Source: Alloacidobacterium sp. (GTDB lineage Bacteria; Acidobacteriota; Terriglobia; Terriglobales; Acidobacteriaceae). Taken from it: a stretch of 64,000 nt of DNA. Both the position numbers and the translations under genes were made by a program. Of this stretch, positions 33,123 to 41,197 are shown in pieces. Below the pieces are notes generated by a model. The model was not told the DNA's origin, did no database searches, and worked only from the letters and a program-made list of their open reading frames with translations. Where the stretch lies: contig DATHQH010000061.1 of assembly GCA_035482895.1 (NCBI GenBank), forward strand, positions 96-64,095. The letters are read 5' to 3'. The first letter of the stretch is position 1. Every line of letters starts with the position of its first letter.

Positions 33123-34418
33123 ATGCAAGAAATACATATACCCCAAGTGGTCTTAGAAAATCTTCCATCTCGTCTGCAGTCGCAAAGGCCGCGAATCGCC
33201 TACTTGCTCAGCCAGTACCCAGCAATTTCCCATACTTTTTTCCTGAAGGAGATACTTGGGCTTAAGCAATTGGGGTTCCAAGTCGAAACAGCATCGATAA
33301 ATGGACCCGATCGCCCCATCGATTTGCTGCCTGACTCCGAAAAACTCGAGGCACGGAGCACGTACTATATTAAGACACTTGGCGTCGGGAAGATCCTGTG
33401 CATCATGGCACTCCTTCTTCTTCGTGAGACGCGAGTCTGCCTGCGTGGACTGGACGCTGCGTTGCGACTCGTCCGCTGGGACATAAGAGACGGCCTCTAT
33501 GCCTTGTTTTATCTGGGTGAGGCACTCCTTCTGGGGGAGTGGATGCGGCGCCGCGGTCTGCACCACCTGCATACCCATTTTGGGGGGCCTGTTGCCACGG
33601 TTGGCATGCTGGCCGCACGTGCATGGGGCTTCTCGTATTCGTTGACCATCCACGGCCCCGAAGAGTTTTACGACGTGGAACAATTCTATCTGCCGCAGAA
33701 AATTCAGCATGCCAGCTTTATCTTCTGCATTAGTAACTTCTGTCGCAGTCAATTAATGAAGTGCTCGCATCCCTCGCAATGGGACAAGTTCCACGTACTG
33801 CGCTTAGGCGTCGATCCACAAGAGTTTGCTCCTGTGGCCCGCCGCCCGCAAGACACGATTCGAATCGTTTCCGTCGGACGTCTGGTTCCGGCAAAGGGCC
33901 AGCTCATCCTTTTACAAGCCTTTCACAAGCTGCTCGATCAGGGTCGAAACATCCAGCTTGTATTTGTCGGGAACGGACCAGACAAAGAACACTTGCAACA
34001 ATTTGTTGACGAGCAAGACCTCGGGCAACACGTTATCTTTTGCGGTGCGCTCAATCATGATCAGACACGGCAGCAGTTGGAGCAGGCACATATCTTTGCT
34101 CTCGCCAGTTTTGCCGAGGGTGTTCCGATCGCGCTCATGGAAGCTATGGCTATGAAGATCCCCTGCGTCAGCACGTCCATCGCAGGCATTCCTGAACTGA
34201 TCCGGCATAATGTGGATGGGCTGCTTGTGCCCGCCTCTTCTGTCGAGGGCCTGGCCTCGGCCGTCGACCAGCTCGTCACGAATGAGGAGCTGCGCCGAAG
34301 GCTCGGCTCTTCCGCCCGTGAGCGCGTCATAGACCGATATAACCTTCCCCGCAATCTACAGTTACTTGCCACCGCTTTTGACGAATGTCTTTCACAAAGG
34401 ACTGCGCTGGAAATATGA
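33123..34418 (+). CDS. Glycosyltransferase family 4 (WcaL-like GT-B)
   Basis: The N-terminus is IAYLLSQYPAISHTFFLKEI and the C-terminus is ASFAEGVPIALMEAMAMKIPCVSTSIAGIPELI. Confidence 0.85.
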   Translation: MQEIHIPQVVLENLPSRLQSQRPRIAYLLSQYPAISHTFFLKEILGLKQLGFQVETASINGPDRPIDLLPDSEKLEARSTYYIKTLGVGKILCIMALLLLRETRVCLRGLDAALRLVRWDIRDGLYALFYLGEALLLGEWMRRRGLHHLHTHFGGPVATVGMLAARAWGFSYSLTIHGPEEFYDVEQFYLPQKIQHASFIFCISNFCRSQLMKCSHPSQWDKFHVLRLGVDPQEFAPVARRPQDTIRIVSVGRLVPAKGQLILLQAFHKLLDQGRNIQLVFVGNGPDKEHLQQFVDEQDLGQHVIFCGALNHDQTRQQLEQAHIFALASFAEGVPIALMEAMAMKIPCVSTSIAGIPELIRHNVDGLLVPASSVEGLASAVDQLVTNEELRRRLGSSARERVIDRYNLPRNLQLLATAFDECLSQRTALEI

Positions 34419-35413
34419 CGTCTGCTGTTACACCTCTGCCCGATGTCTCAGTTGTGATTGTTTCCTTCAACACTCGCGATATCCTGCGGGAATGCCTTCA
34501 GTCCATCGAGCGCGAATCTGATGGACTCAGTGTAGAAACCTGGATTGTCGACAACAATTCTTCCGACGGCTCCCAGAAGATGGTCGAGCAGGAGTTTCCT
34601 CACGTTCATTTGGTATGTAGTCCGACCAATCTCGGGTTTGGGGCGGCGAATAACGCTGCGCTCGGCAAAGCACGCGGACGCTACATCATGCTACTCAATT
34701 CGGACGCCTTTCTCTGCCCGGGCTCATTACGTCTAGCCGTCAAGCATATGGATGAACATCCGCAGGCAGGACTTGGCGGGGCAAGGCTCATTGGACGCGA
34801 TCAATCCTGGCAGCCTTCTGGACGAATGTTTCCTACCGTACTAAACGATGCTTTCGTTTACTTCGGCCTTGCTTCTCGCTATCCCACCTCGCGTATTTTT
34901 GGACGATTTGATCGTACCTGGGCGGACCAGTCGCTGGCTGCGGAGGTTGACTGGGTGGTGGGCGCTTTTTCCATCATCCGCGCCGAAACGCTTGCCAAGG
35001 TGGGAGGTTTCGATCCCGCATTTTTCCTTTACTCAGAAGAAGTTGATCTTTGCCGCCGAATCAAAGCTGCTGGTTATCAAATCTGGTACTGGCCGGACAT
35101 TGTCGTCATTCATATCGGAGGAGAATCCTCGCGTCAGGTGAAAACGCTGGAGATGTCCTCCACTGGCGCGCAACTTATTCGTTGGAGAATGCGCAGCACC
35201 CTGCTTTACTACCGGAAGCATCATGGTATCGCGGCATGGTTGTCGAAAGCGCTGGAGCTGACGCTCTACAAGCTGGTCGTCTGGCGCAATTCTTTCAGTA
35301 GTGACCCTCGCCGCAAAGCGCGGGCGCTCGAACATCGCAATCTCGCTATCCTCATGCAGCAGGCGTGGCAGGACACCTCGGGAGGACGTGTCTCCCCGCC
35401 ACGTCCCTGGTAG
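34415..35413 (+). CDS. Glycosyltransferase family 2
   Basis: VSVVIVSFNTRDILRECLQSI, VDNNSSDGS, LLNSDAF (DxD-type) and EEVDLCRR. The ATG at 34415 overlaps the upstream stop (ATGA), which suggests translational coupling. Confidence 0.85.
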   Translation: MTSAVTPLPDVSVVIVSFNTRDILRECLQSIERESDGLSVETWIVDNNSSDGSQKMVEQEFPHVHLVCSPTNLGFGAANNAALGKARGRYIMLLNSDAFLCPGSLRLAVKHMDEHPQAGLGGARLIGRDQSWQPSGRMFPTVLNDAFVYFGLASRYPTSRIFGRFDRTWADQSLAAEVDWVVGAFSIIRAETLAKVGGFDPAFFLYSEEVDLCRRIKAAGYQIWYWPDIVVIHIGGESSRQVKTLEMSSTGAQLIRWRMRSTLLYYRKHHGIAAWLSKALELTLYKLVVWRNSFSSDPRRKARALEHRNLAILMQQAWQDTSGGRVSPPRPW

Positions 35414-35433
35414 TACGTGGCGGCTCTATTTTT

Positions 35434-36042
35434 ATGAAGCGACTTCTCAAAATCATTATTGGCACGCCGCTGACATCTCTTCTGCGGCTCACGCGGCCAG
35501 TGCGCGAAAACTTTCGTCGCCTGCGAGCACACGCCATGCTGGCGGCGGATATTTCCACTCCGTTGCCGGTATCCGCTGTCATTGAAGGAAAGGTCGACGT
35601 CTATGGAACGCGAAATATCCAGATCGGCACAGACGTTCTCTTCTTTCCAGAGATTCACTTGGAAACGCGCGAAGATGCCTTCATTCGGATCGCCGAGGGC
35701 GTAGTACTTTCACGCGGCGTTCACATCGTCGCTTTTTCCGGCGTTACCATCGGACGCGGAAGCATGATCGGCGAATATTCCAGCATTCGCGACGGGAATC
35801 ATAACCGTTCTGAAGAAGTCGCCATTCGCGATGCGGGACATACGGCGCGCCCGATCACTATCGGCTCTGAGGTCTGGATTGGCCGCGGAGTCACTGTGCT
35901 CAGCGGTATTACCATCGGCGACAAAGCTACGATTGGAGCAAATGCGGTTGTAACAAAAGATGTGCCGGCTGGCTCGATCGTAGTGGGCGTTCCGGCTGCT
36001 CCCATTGCATCCCGCAGAAATTCTTCCCCAAAGAGCATCTAG
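35434..36042 (+). CDS. Left-handed beta-helix (hexapeptide repeat) O-acetyltransferase
   Basis: Hexapeptide repeats: IGRGSMIGEYSSIRDGNH...VWIGRGVTVLSGITIGDKATIGANAVVTKDVPAGSIVVGVPA. The start is taken at ATG 35434 (MKRLLKII). Confidence 0.8.
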   Translation: MKRLLKIIIGTPLTSLLRLTRPVRENFRRLRAHAMLAADISTPLPVSAVIEGKVDVYGTRNIQIGTDVLFFPEIHLETREDAFIRIAEGVVLSRGVHIVAFSGVTIGRGSMIGEYSSIRDGNHNRSEEVAIRDAGHTARPITIGSEVWIGRGVTVLSGITIGDKATIGANAVVTKDVPAGSIVVGVPAAPIASRRNSSPKSI

Positions 36043-36163
36043 GGCACTCAGCACGAGTTGCCATCCGCCAAAAGGTTGAGAACAAAACCCGCCATCGTGC
36101 TCAAGACGAAGCATCCGTCAGTCCGTAATCTAATCACGTCTCTTGATACACCCTACCTCCTGA

Positions 36164-36196
36164 CCCCAATCTTCACTGATTGGGGCTTTCTTTTTT
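36164..36196 (+). terminator. Rho-independent terminator closing the second EPS gene block
   Basis: CCCCAATC-ttcact-GATTGGGG forms an 8-bp stem, followed by cTTTcTTTTTT. Confidence 0.6.
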
Positions 36197-36199
36197 ACT

Positions 36200-37462
36200 T
36201 CAACGCTTCCATATACTGCCGATCTGCTGAGCCATCAGCATAAGGGATAGCCCAGTCACTATGATTGCTGTAAGCCACGCTACAGCATTGAACCAATGTG
36301 AGTTAATATGCTTTCCCATCAGATCTTTGCGATTGATCAGCAGCAGCATGAAGACAATCACAATAGGAAGCAGAATTCCATTAAGCATCTGAGAAAAAAT
36401 GGAGAACTGCACGAGCGGAAAATTCGGAATCAGAACGACCGCTACGCCGCCCGCAATCAACAAGGTGTAAAGCCAGTAAAAAAACGGTGCCTGGCGAAAG
36501 TCTTTGTCTACGCCCGACTCAAAACCCAAGCCTTCGCAAACGGTATACGCTGTCGAAAGGGGCAACACGGAAGCTGCAAAAAACGAAGCATTGAACAAGC
36601 CGAAAGCAAAGAGGAGAAACGCGTACGGACCGGCCAGGGGCTTCATCGCTTCTGCCGCGTCTGAAGGCACGATAATATTTCCCATGCCATGTGTCCAGAG
36701 CGTTGCCGCACAGGCCACGATAATGAACCACGCAACTATGTCGGTAAAAACCGAGCCGATGATCACATCCAGCCTGGTCGCGGCGTATTTCCTGATGCTG
36801 ACGCCTTTTTCTACAATCGATGATTGCAGATAAAACTGCATCCACGGAGCGATCGTCGTTCCGATCACGCTGACCACCATGAATACATAACCATTCTGGC
36901 TCCACGCCGATCGCGGCGGCAGTTTGACAGTTGCAACAACTGCAGTGCGCCAGCTCGGTCCGGCCAATACACCGGTAACGATGTAGGCGATATAGAAAAC
37001 CGAGGCGATAAGGAATATCTTCTCGACGCTTTTATAATCGCCCTTTACAGCAAGCAGCCACACAAGCACCGCACAGACGGGCACCGAGATGTATTTCGAA
37101 AGGTGAAAAAGCTGAAGGCTGCCCGCAATGCCCGCAAACTCTCCGATCACATTTCCGAAATTCACGATCACAAGCAGTACCATGACGATGAATGTCATGC
37201 GCAGGCCAAACTCTTCGCGAATAAGATCGCTTAGGCCCTTGCCGGTAACCACGCCCATGCGCGCACACATTTCCTGCACCACAATCAGTGCCAGCGTAAT
37301 GGGAATGATGGTCCACAGTAGTGAATAGCCGAATTGCGCACCCGCCTGCGAATAGGTCAGGATCCCGTTCGGGTCATTATCTACGTTAGCTGTAATAAAT
37401 CCCGGCCCAAGCACAGCAAGGAACAAAATGATCCGGGTTCTCCAAGGTTTCAGTTTCAGCAT
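36200..37462 (-). CDS. Nramp/SLC11-family transporter with non-canonical metal site (NRMT-like, candidate Mg2+ transporter)
   Basis: 420 aa with ~11 TM helices and an Nramp-like TM1 (GPGFITANVDNDPNGILTYSQAGAQFGYSLLW). The site residues differ from the canonical ones: DPNG instead of DPGN (D30..G33), and GTTIAPW instead of GAxxMPH (T202, A205, W207). Confidence 0.75.
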   Translation of the reverse strand: MLKLKPWRTRIILFLAVLGPGFITANVDNDPNGILTYSQAGAQFGYSLLWTIIPITLALIVVQEMCARMGVVTGKGLSDLIREEFGLRMTFIVMVLLVIVNFGNVIGEFAGIAGSLQLFHLSKYISVPVCAVLVWLLAVKGDYKSVEKIFLIASVFYIAYIVTGVLAGPSWRTAVVATVKLPPRSAWSQNGYVFMVVSVIGTTIAPWMQFYLQSSIVEKGVSIRKYAATRLDVIIGSVFTDIVAWFIIVACAATLWTHGMGNIIVPSDAAEAMKPLAGPYAFLLFAFGLFNASFFAASVLPLSTAYTVCEGLGFESGVDKDFRQAPFFYWLYTLLIAGGVAVVLIPNFPLVQFSIFSQMLNGILLPIVIVFMLLLINRKDLMGKHINSHWFNAVAWLTAIIVTGLSLMLMAQQIGSIWKR

Positions 37463-37786
37463 GCGGTATGAGCCATTAAAGGATTAGGAAGTAGCATTAG
37501 AACTTTTGGATAGCTTATAGACCAGGCACCATTCTGACGGCCGGAGGGAAAGCCCATCTCGAGCAGAAAGCCGAAGGAAAGAATCTCAATGATGCATCCA
37601 CGCTAACCTCACTGAGATTTTGTTTCGAGCAGAATGACGTTTTTCCGGTTTTTAGCTAAGCCTAAACTTGTTGAAAATTACTACCCGCGTTTGCGCGTCA
37701 AATTCGAATTACGGGCCACGCAAATTCTTCTATTCTATTTTGCGAAATCTTTCTCCAAATATCTGTTAGACAGTAGCCACACATCC

Positions 37787-39040
37787 TTAATGGCTATCTC
37801 TTAAAAACGCGATTACATGGTCGGCTTCCACCACGCCTACCAACCGTCCCTCTTCATCCAACACCGGCAATGCTCGCAAGTTGTATTTGTCGAATAGTTC
37901 CGCTACCTGTTTCTGATGCGCATTCGCCTGGCATGAAATGAAGCGCGCCTCCGCCAGTACTGCCAGTCGGACCTCGGGCTTGGCCACAATGATTCGTCCC
38001 AGCGGCACAACGCCCTTCAATATATCCCCGCCGTCAACCAGATACACTTCAGTCACCGTCTCCAGGTCGCCGTCAAAATTTCGCAATGCCTCCACTCCGT
38101 CCGCTACCGTGGCTTCAAATGGGACCTGCACGAATTCAGTCGTCATTCGCCCGGCGGCAGAATCTTCGCGGAATTCGAGCAGGTCTTCCACCTCCTGTCG
38201 TTCTTCCGGGGCCATTTCTTCCAGAATGGCTTCAGAACGCTCTTCGGGCAGTTCGGCCAGCAGATCGGCGGCCGCTCCTGGGTCCATCTCTTCAACGATT
38301 CCAGCGACAACCTCCGAGTCCAGCGACTCCACAAATGCTTTTTGCAGCCTTGGCTCAACTTCTTCCAATGTCTCCGCTGCGACCTCTTCATCGAGCGTAG
38401 TGAGAATTGCCTCACGCTCGGCAGGAGCCAGATCTTCCAGAATGTCCGCGATATCGGATGGATGGAGCTGCGCAAGCCGTTCGTGTTCGATCTTCAGCTT
38501 CACCCGCCGAGCAGGATCCACCTCGATCACGTCCACAAACTCCCAGGGAATGACTCGTGTAGGAAACTGCCGCGCCAAACCGTCGAGGGCGCGCTTGGGG
38601 AGAAGGCCGAGAAAGAGCCTTCGGACTGCGCCCCGCAGACCGACTTCTACCTCGCGGACCCGCAGATCTTGCTTTTCATCTCGAGAAAACCACTGCAGGT
38701 CGACATCATTGACGCGGACAACTTTGCGTCCATGCACATCGATAATCTGGCGATCCAGAAGATCCTGTTTTAGCAGGATGAAATTCTCGTCGTCGCGTAG
38801 AGGTTGTAGAGCCTCGACAGAACGCAGTTCCAGCATGCCACTCGGCGTACCCATGACCTCTGTGGCCGGAACCAGTTCCAGCCCTTTTTGGGTCTTCAGA
38901 ACCAGTCCGGCAATCTGCCCCGCATCGGCGCCCGTCGCCACGGCGACGTCTTTCAGTCGCCCCAGCACGCTTCCGTGCGGCTCCAGCACAGGAGTACCGA
39001 GCAGCAGACTCAGGCTGGGTCCGTTGCGTTTTTCGCTCAT
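37787..39040 (-). CDS. Soluble PRC-barrel + MgtE N-domain + tandem CBS protein (MgtE cytoplasmic sensor module without the membrane domain)
   Basis: The MgtE_N-like acidic helical region reads HPSDIADILEDLAPAEREAILTTLDEEVAAETLEEV...IVEEMDPGAAADLLAELPEERSEAILEEMAPEERQEVEDLL. A CBS pair follows (MTTEFVQV...VYLVDGGDILKGVV...NLRALPVLDEEGRLVGVV). The protein has no TM segments. Confidence 0.8.
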   Translation of the reverse strand: MSEKRNGPSLSLLLGTPVLEPHGSVLGRLKDVAVATGADAGQIAGLVLKTQKGLELVPATEVMGTPSGMLELRSVEALQPLRDDENFILLKQDLLDRQIIDVHGRKVVRVNDVDLQWFSRDEKQDLRVREVEVGLRGAVRRLFLGLLPKRALDGLARQFPTRVIPWEFVDVIEVDPARRVKLKIEHERLAQLHPSDIADILEDLAPAEREAILTTLDEEVAAETLEEVEPRLQKAFVESLDSEVVAGIVEEMDPGAAADLLAELPEERSEAILEEMAPEERQEVEDLLEFREDSAAGRMTTEFVQVPFEATVADGVEALRNFDGDLETVTEVYLVDGGDILKGVVPLGRIIVAKPEVRLAVLAEARFISCQANAHQKQVAELFDKYNLRALPVLDEEGRLVGVVEADHVIAFLRDSH

Positions 39041-39344
39041 CTTGATTCGTGTCCCGCGTGCAGTCTAACAGGCATTCGCATGCCTGTGATTTCCTCCAGG
39101 AATTTCCTGCAGACTGCTCGATATCTTCAATCTATTCCGCAATCCTGTCACATGCAGACAACCTCTCGAATCGCCTTTGCTTTCTCATTGAAAATGCCGT
39201 CGCTTGAGTGTTCCTACGGCCCACTTCGGCCACGGCACGGCAACTAACCCTCTGTAAAGGGAACAAATTTCACCACGGCTCGTCTTCGCCTGCTTGACAT
39301 TGCTTCGCCAAGCAAGCAAACTGCCGTACAGGTTAAAGATAAGG

Positions 39345-39815
39345 ATGTCCATGCAGTATGGCGAGGAACATCAATTGACAGGATCGCAGGCAAGCCGGAT
39401 AACGTATACTCTTGAATCCTCGCTAGACAGCGTGAATCGTGTGGAACAAACTGCGGAGCAGATGGCGAAAAAGGCCGGCGTAGACGAAGATGAAGTCTTT
39501 CGCATCGCGATGGCGGTGCGCGAGGCAGCAGTCAACGCGGTCCTTCATGGGAACTCCTACGATCCGGAGAAGCGCATCACGGCATCCTTTGAAAACACTG
39601 GCGAATCGCTGGTCATACGCATCGCAGATCAGGGAAAAGGCCTCGATCCCGAAACGCTCCCTGACCCGCTGGCTCCTGAAAATTTATTGCGCGGCTCAGG
39701 CCGCGGAATCTTTCTTATCCGCTCGTTCATGGATGAGGTACACTTCAAGCAATTGCATCCTGGAACCGAGCTGACATTGATCAAGCATCTTGGGACCGCC
39801 CAAACCGGTACTTAG
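39345..39815 (+). CDS. Anti-sigma regulatory factor / STAS-kinase (RsbW/SpoIIAB-like HATPase_c)
   Basis: The N-box reads REAAVNAVLHGN and the G-boxes read IADQGKGLDPE and GRGIFLIRSFMDEV. The start is taken at ATG 39345, preceded by AAGGA; the track ORF begins at TTG 39294. Confidence 0.8.
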   Translation: MSMQYGEEHQLTGSQASRITYTLESSLDSVNRVEQTAEQMAKKAGVDEDEVFRIAMAVREAAVNAVLHGNSYDPEKRITASFENTGESLVIRIADQGKGLDPETLPDPLAPENLLRGSGRGIFLIRSFMDEVHFKQLHPGTELTLIKHLGTAQTGT

Positions 39816-39834
39816 CTTTAAGGAGGAATTCTAC

Positions 39835-40185
39835 GTGAGCATGAAGGTGAATACCCGTCAGGTGGACGGCATAACGGTTTTAGATCTTAGCGGTCGCATT
39901 ACCCTCGGCGAAGGCAGTGTGCAGTTGCGCGATGCGGTTCGGGATCTGCTGGCCAAGGGATCGAAACTGATCCTGCTCAATCTGGCCGACGTAAACTACA
40001 TTGACAGCTCAGGCATCGGCGAGCTGGTAAGCGCATATACTACTGTCCGCAACCAGGGCGGCGAACTAAAGCTTTTAAACCTGACCAAAAAGGTTCATGA
40101 CCTGCTTCAGATCACGAAGCTTTACACCGTCTTCGATGTGAAGGACGATGAGGCGAGCGCGATTGCCTCGTACTCGCGCGCATAA
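39835..40185 (+). CDS. Anti-sigma-factor antagonist (STAS, RsbV/SpoIIAA-like)
   Basis: ITVLDLSGRITLGEG...LILLNLADVNYIDSSGIGELV...GGELKLLNLTKKVHDLLQITKL, including the DSSG phospho-site motif. AGGAGG lies 8 nt upstream of GTG 39835; an ATG at 39841 is the alternative start. Confidence 0.85.
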   Translation: MSMKVNTRQVDGITVLDLSGRITLGEGSVQLRDAVRDLLAKGSKLILLNLADVNYIDSSGIGELVSAYTTVRNQGGELKLLNLTKKVHDLLQITKLYTVFDVKDDEASAIASYSRA

Positions 40186-40212
40186 ATTTCGCTCCGGGCA
40201 CGAGCCAAAATC

Positions 40213-40241
40213 AAAAGGCTGCCGGTTTGGCAGCCTTTTTT
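40213..40241. terminator. Bidirectional rho-independent terminator between convergent genes
   Basis: AAAAGGCTGCC-ggttt-GGCAGCCTTTTTT. The 7-bp GC-rich stem is flanked by an A-run and a T-run, so it can act on either strand. Confidence 0.75.
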
Positions 40242-40260
40242 CTATGCATCCGTAAATCAG

Positions 40261-40524
40261 CTAGTGAGGCCTGCGATATTCAATGTCCTCGTCGCGCAGA
40301 TAATATTCTGCCGAGCAGTTGTTTGCACCACAGATCATCGATTCAAGACCGGCAAACTGCGTCCTCGTAATCAGCCCCAGCGCGCCGCAGCTCGGGCACG
40401 CCAGCACGGCCCAGTAGGGATTTTTCGCGTCACCCATCGTTCCTGCGTTTTCAAGCACAAACAAGGTTCCCGGCTCCATCTGCTCCGGTATCCACTCTTC
40501 TAACAATTGCAGTTCTGCGGACAT
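40261..40524 (-). CDS. Small hypothetical protein with putative zinc ribbon
   Basis: 87 aa with a CPSC...(21 aa)...CGANNC arrangement. It lies downstream of the MerR gene on the same strand. I recognised no family. Confidence 0.45.
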   Translation of the reverse strand: MSAELQLLEEWIPEQMEPGTLFVLENAGTMGDAKNPYWAVLACPSCGALGLITRTQFAGLESMICGANNCSAEYYLRDEDIEYRRPH

Positions 40525-40591
40525 GATGCCTCCTCCGTTGGGGAATAGCTTTTATGTACGTTCCTTATATAGTGCTCTGGATTCCCGTTTG

Positions 40592-41110
40592 TTACGCTGT
40601 GCTCAGTTCTTCCTGCGCCCTCCTTCTGCTCCCATGCTTGGCAACTGGCTTTCGCGACGTTTTGGCCAGGACTTCCTTCACGTCAACCTTCAGGCGGCTG
40701 ACTGTGTCCGTTAAACATATCAACAGCATCGGCTGATCCGTGTTGCGCATGAGATCCACAATTTGTCGTGAATCGGATTCGAGATAGACGTGTTTCCCAT
40801 CGAGCAGCAGATGGTGTTCCCGGCTGCCCTGCACGATATCAGACAACCGGACGTGTACCTCCTTGCGGAGGAAGCGTAAGACCCGCCGCACCTGCTGCAG
40901 CGAAATATGCCTGCGGCGAAGCTCTTCAATCACGAGGATTTCTACCAGGTCGGCGACCGAATAAATGCGGTTGCGCCCTTCCCGTTCCGGCACGACAACA
41001 CGCCTTTCGTCCCACCATTGCAGCTGCCGGGCGCTAACGCCAGTCAGTTGCAGAACATCGCTGGTACTGAAGCGTTCTGCCAGCATTGGCATGCAGATGA
41101 CCTCAAACAT
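40592..41110 (-). CDS. MerR-family transcriptional regulator
   Basis: The N-terminal MerR HTH reads FSTSDVLQLTGVSARQLQWWDERRVVVPEREGRNRIYSVADLVEILVIEELRRRHISLQQVRRVL. The start is uncertain; ATG codons occur at 41110, 41092 and 41086. Confidence 0.75.
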   Translation of the reverse strand: MFEVICMPMLAERFSTSDVLQLTGVSARQLQWWDERRVVVPEREGRNRIYSVADLVEILVIEELRRRHISLQQVRRVLRFLRKEVHVRLSDIVQGSREHHLLLDGKHVYLESDSRQIVDLMRNTDQPMLLICLTDTVSRLKVDVKEVLAKTSRKPVAKHGSRRRAQEELSTA

Positions 41111-41197
41111 TTCTAGGCTGAAATGTTTGATGCAATTTTTCTCCTTACCGACTTCGGTGTCAATCCCTCATTGGTTCCAGGCGGTAATCTTTCGTAT

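Noticed and set aside
33153-33752. 199-aa minus-strand ORF
   Set aside because: It is antisense to the GT4 gene, which has clear family motifs. It is a shadow ORF.
37463-37786. M-box (Mg2+) or yybP-ykoY (Mn2+) riboswitch call
   Set aside because: It shows only fragmentary resemblance to the conserved cores as I remember them. A covariance-model search would be needed, so I did not annotate it as an ncRNA.
37938-39068. 376-aa Ser/Arg/Thr-rich plus-strand ORF
   Set aside because: It is antisense to the MgtE-N/CBS gene. Its composition is the mirror image of the Glu/Asp/Leu-rich sense protein, which is a typical high-GC shadow ORF.
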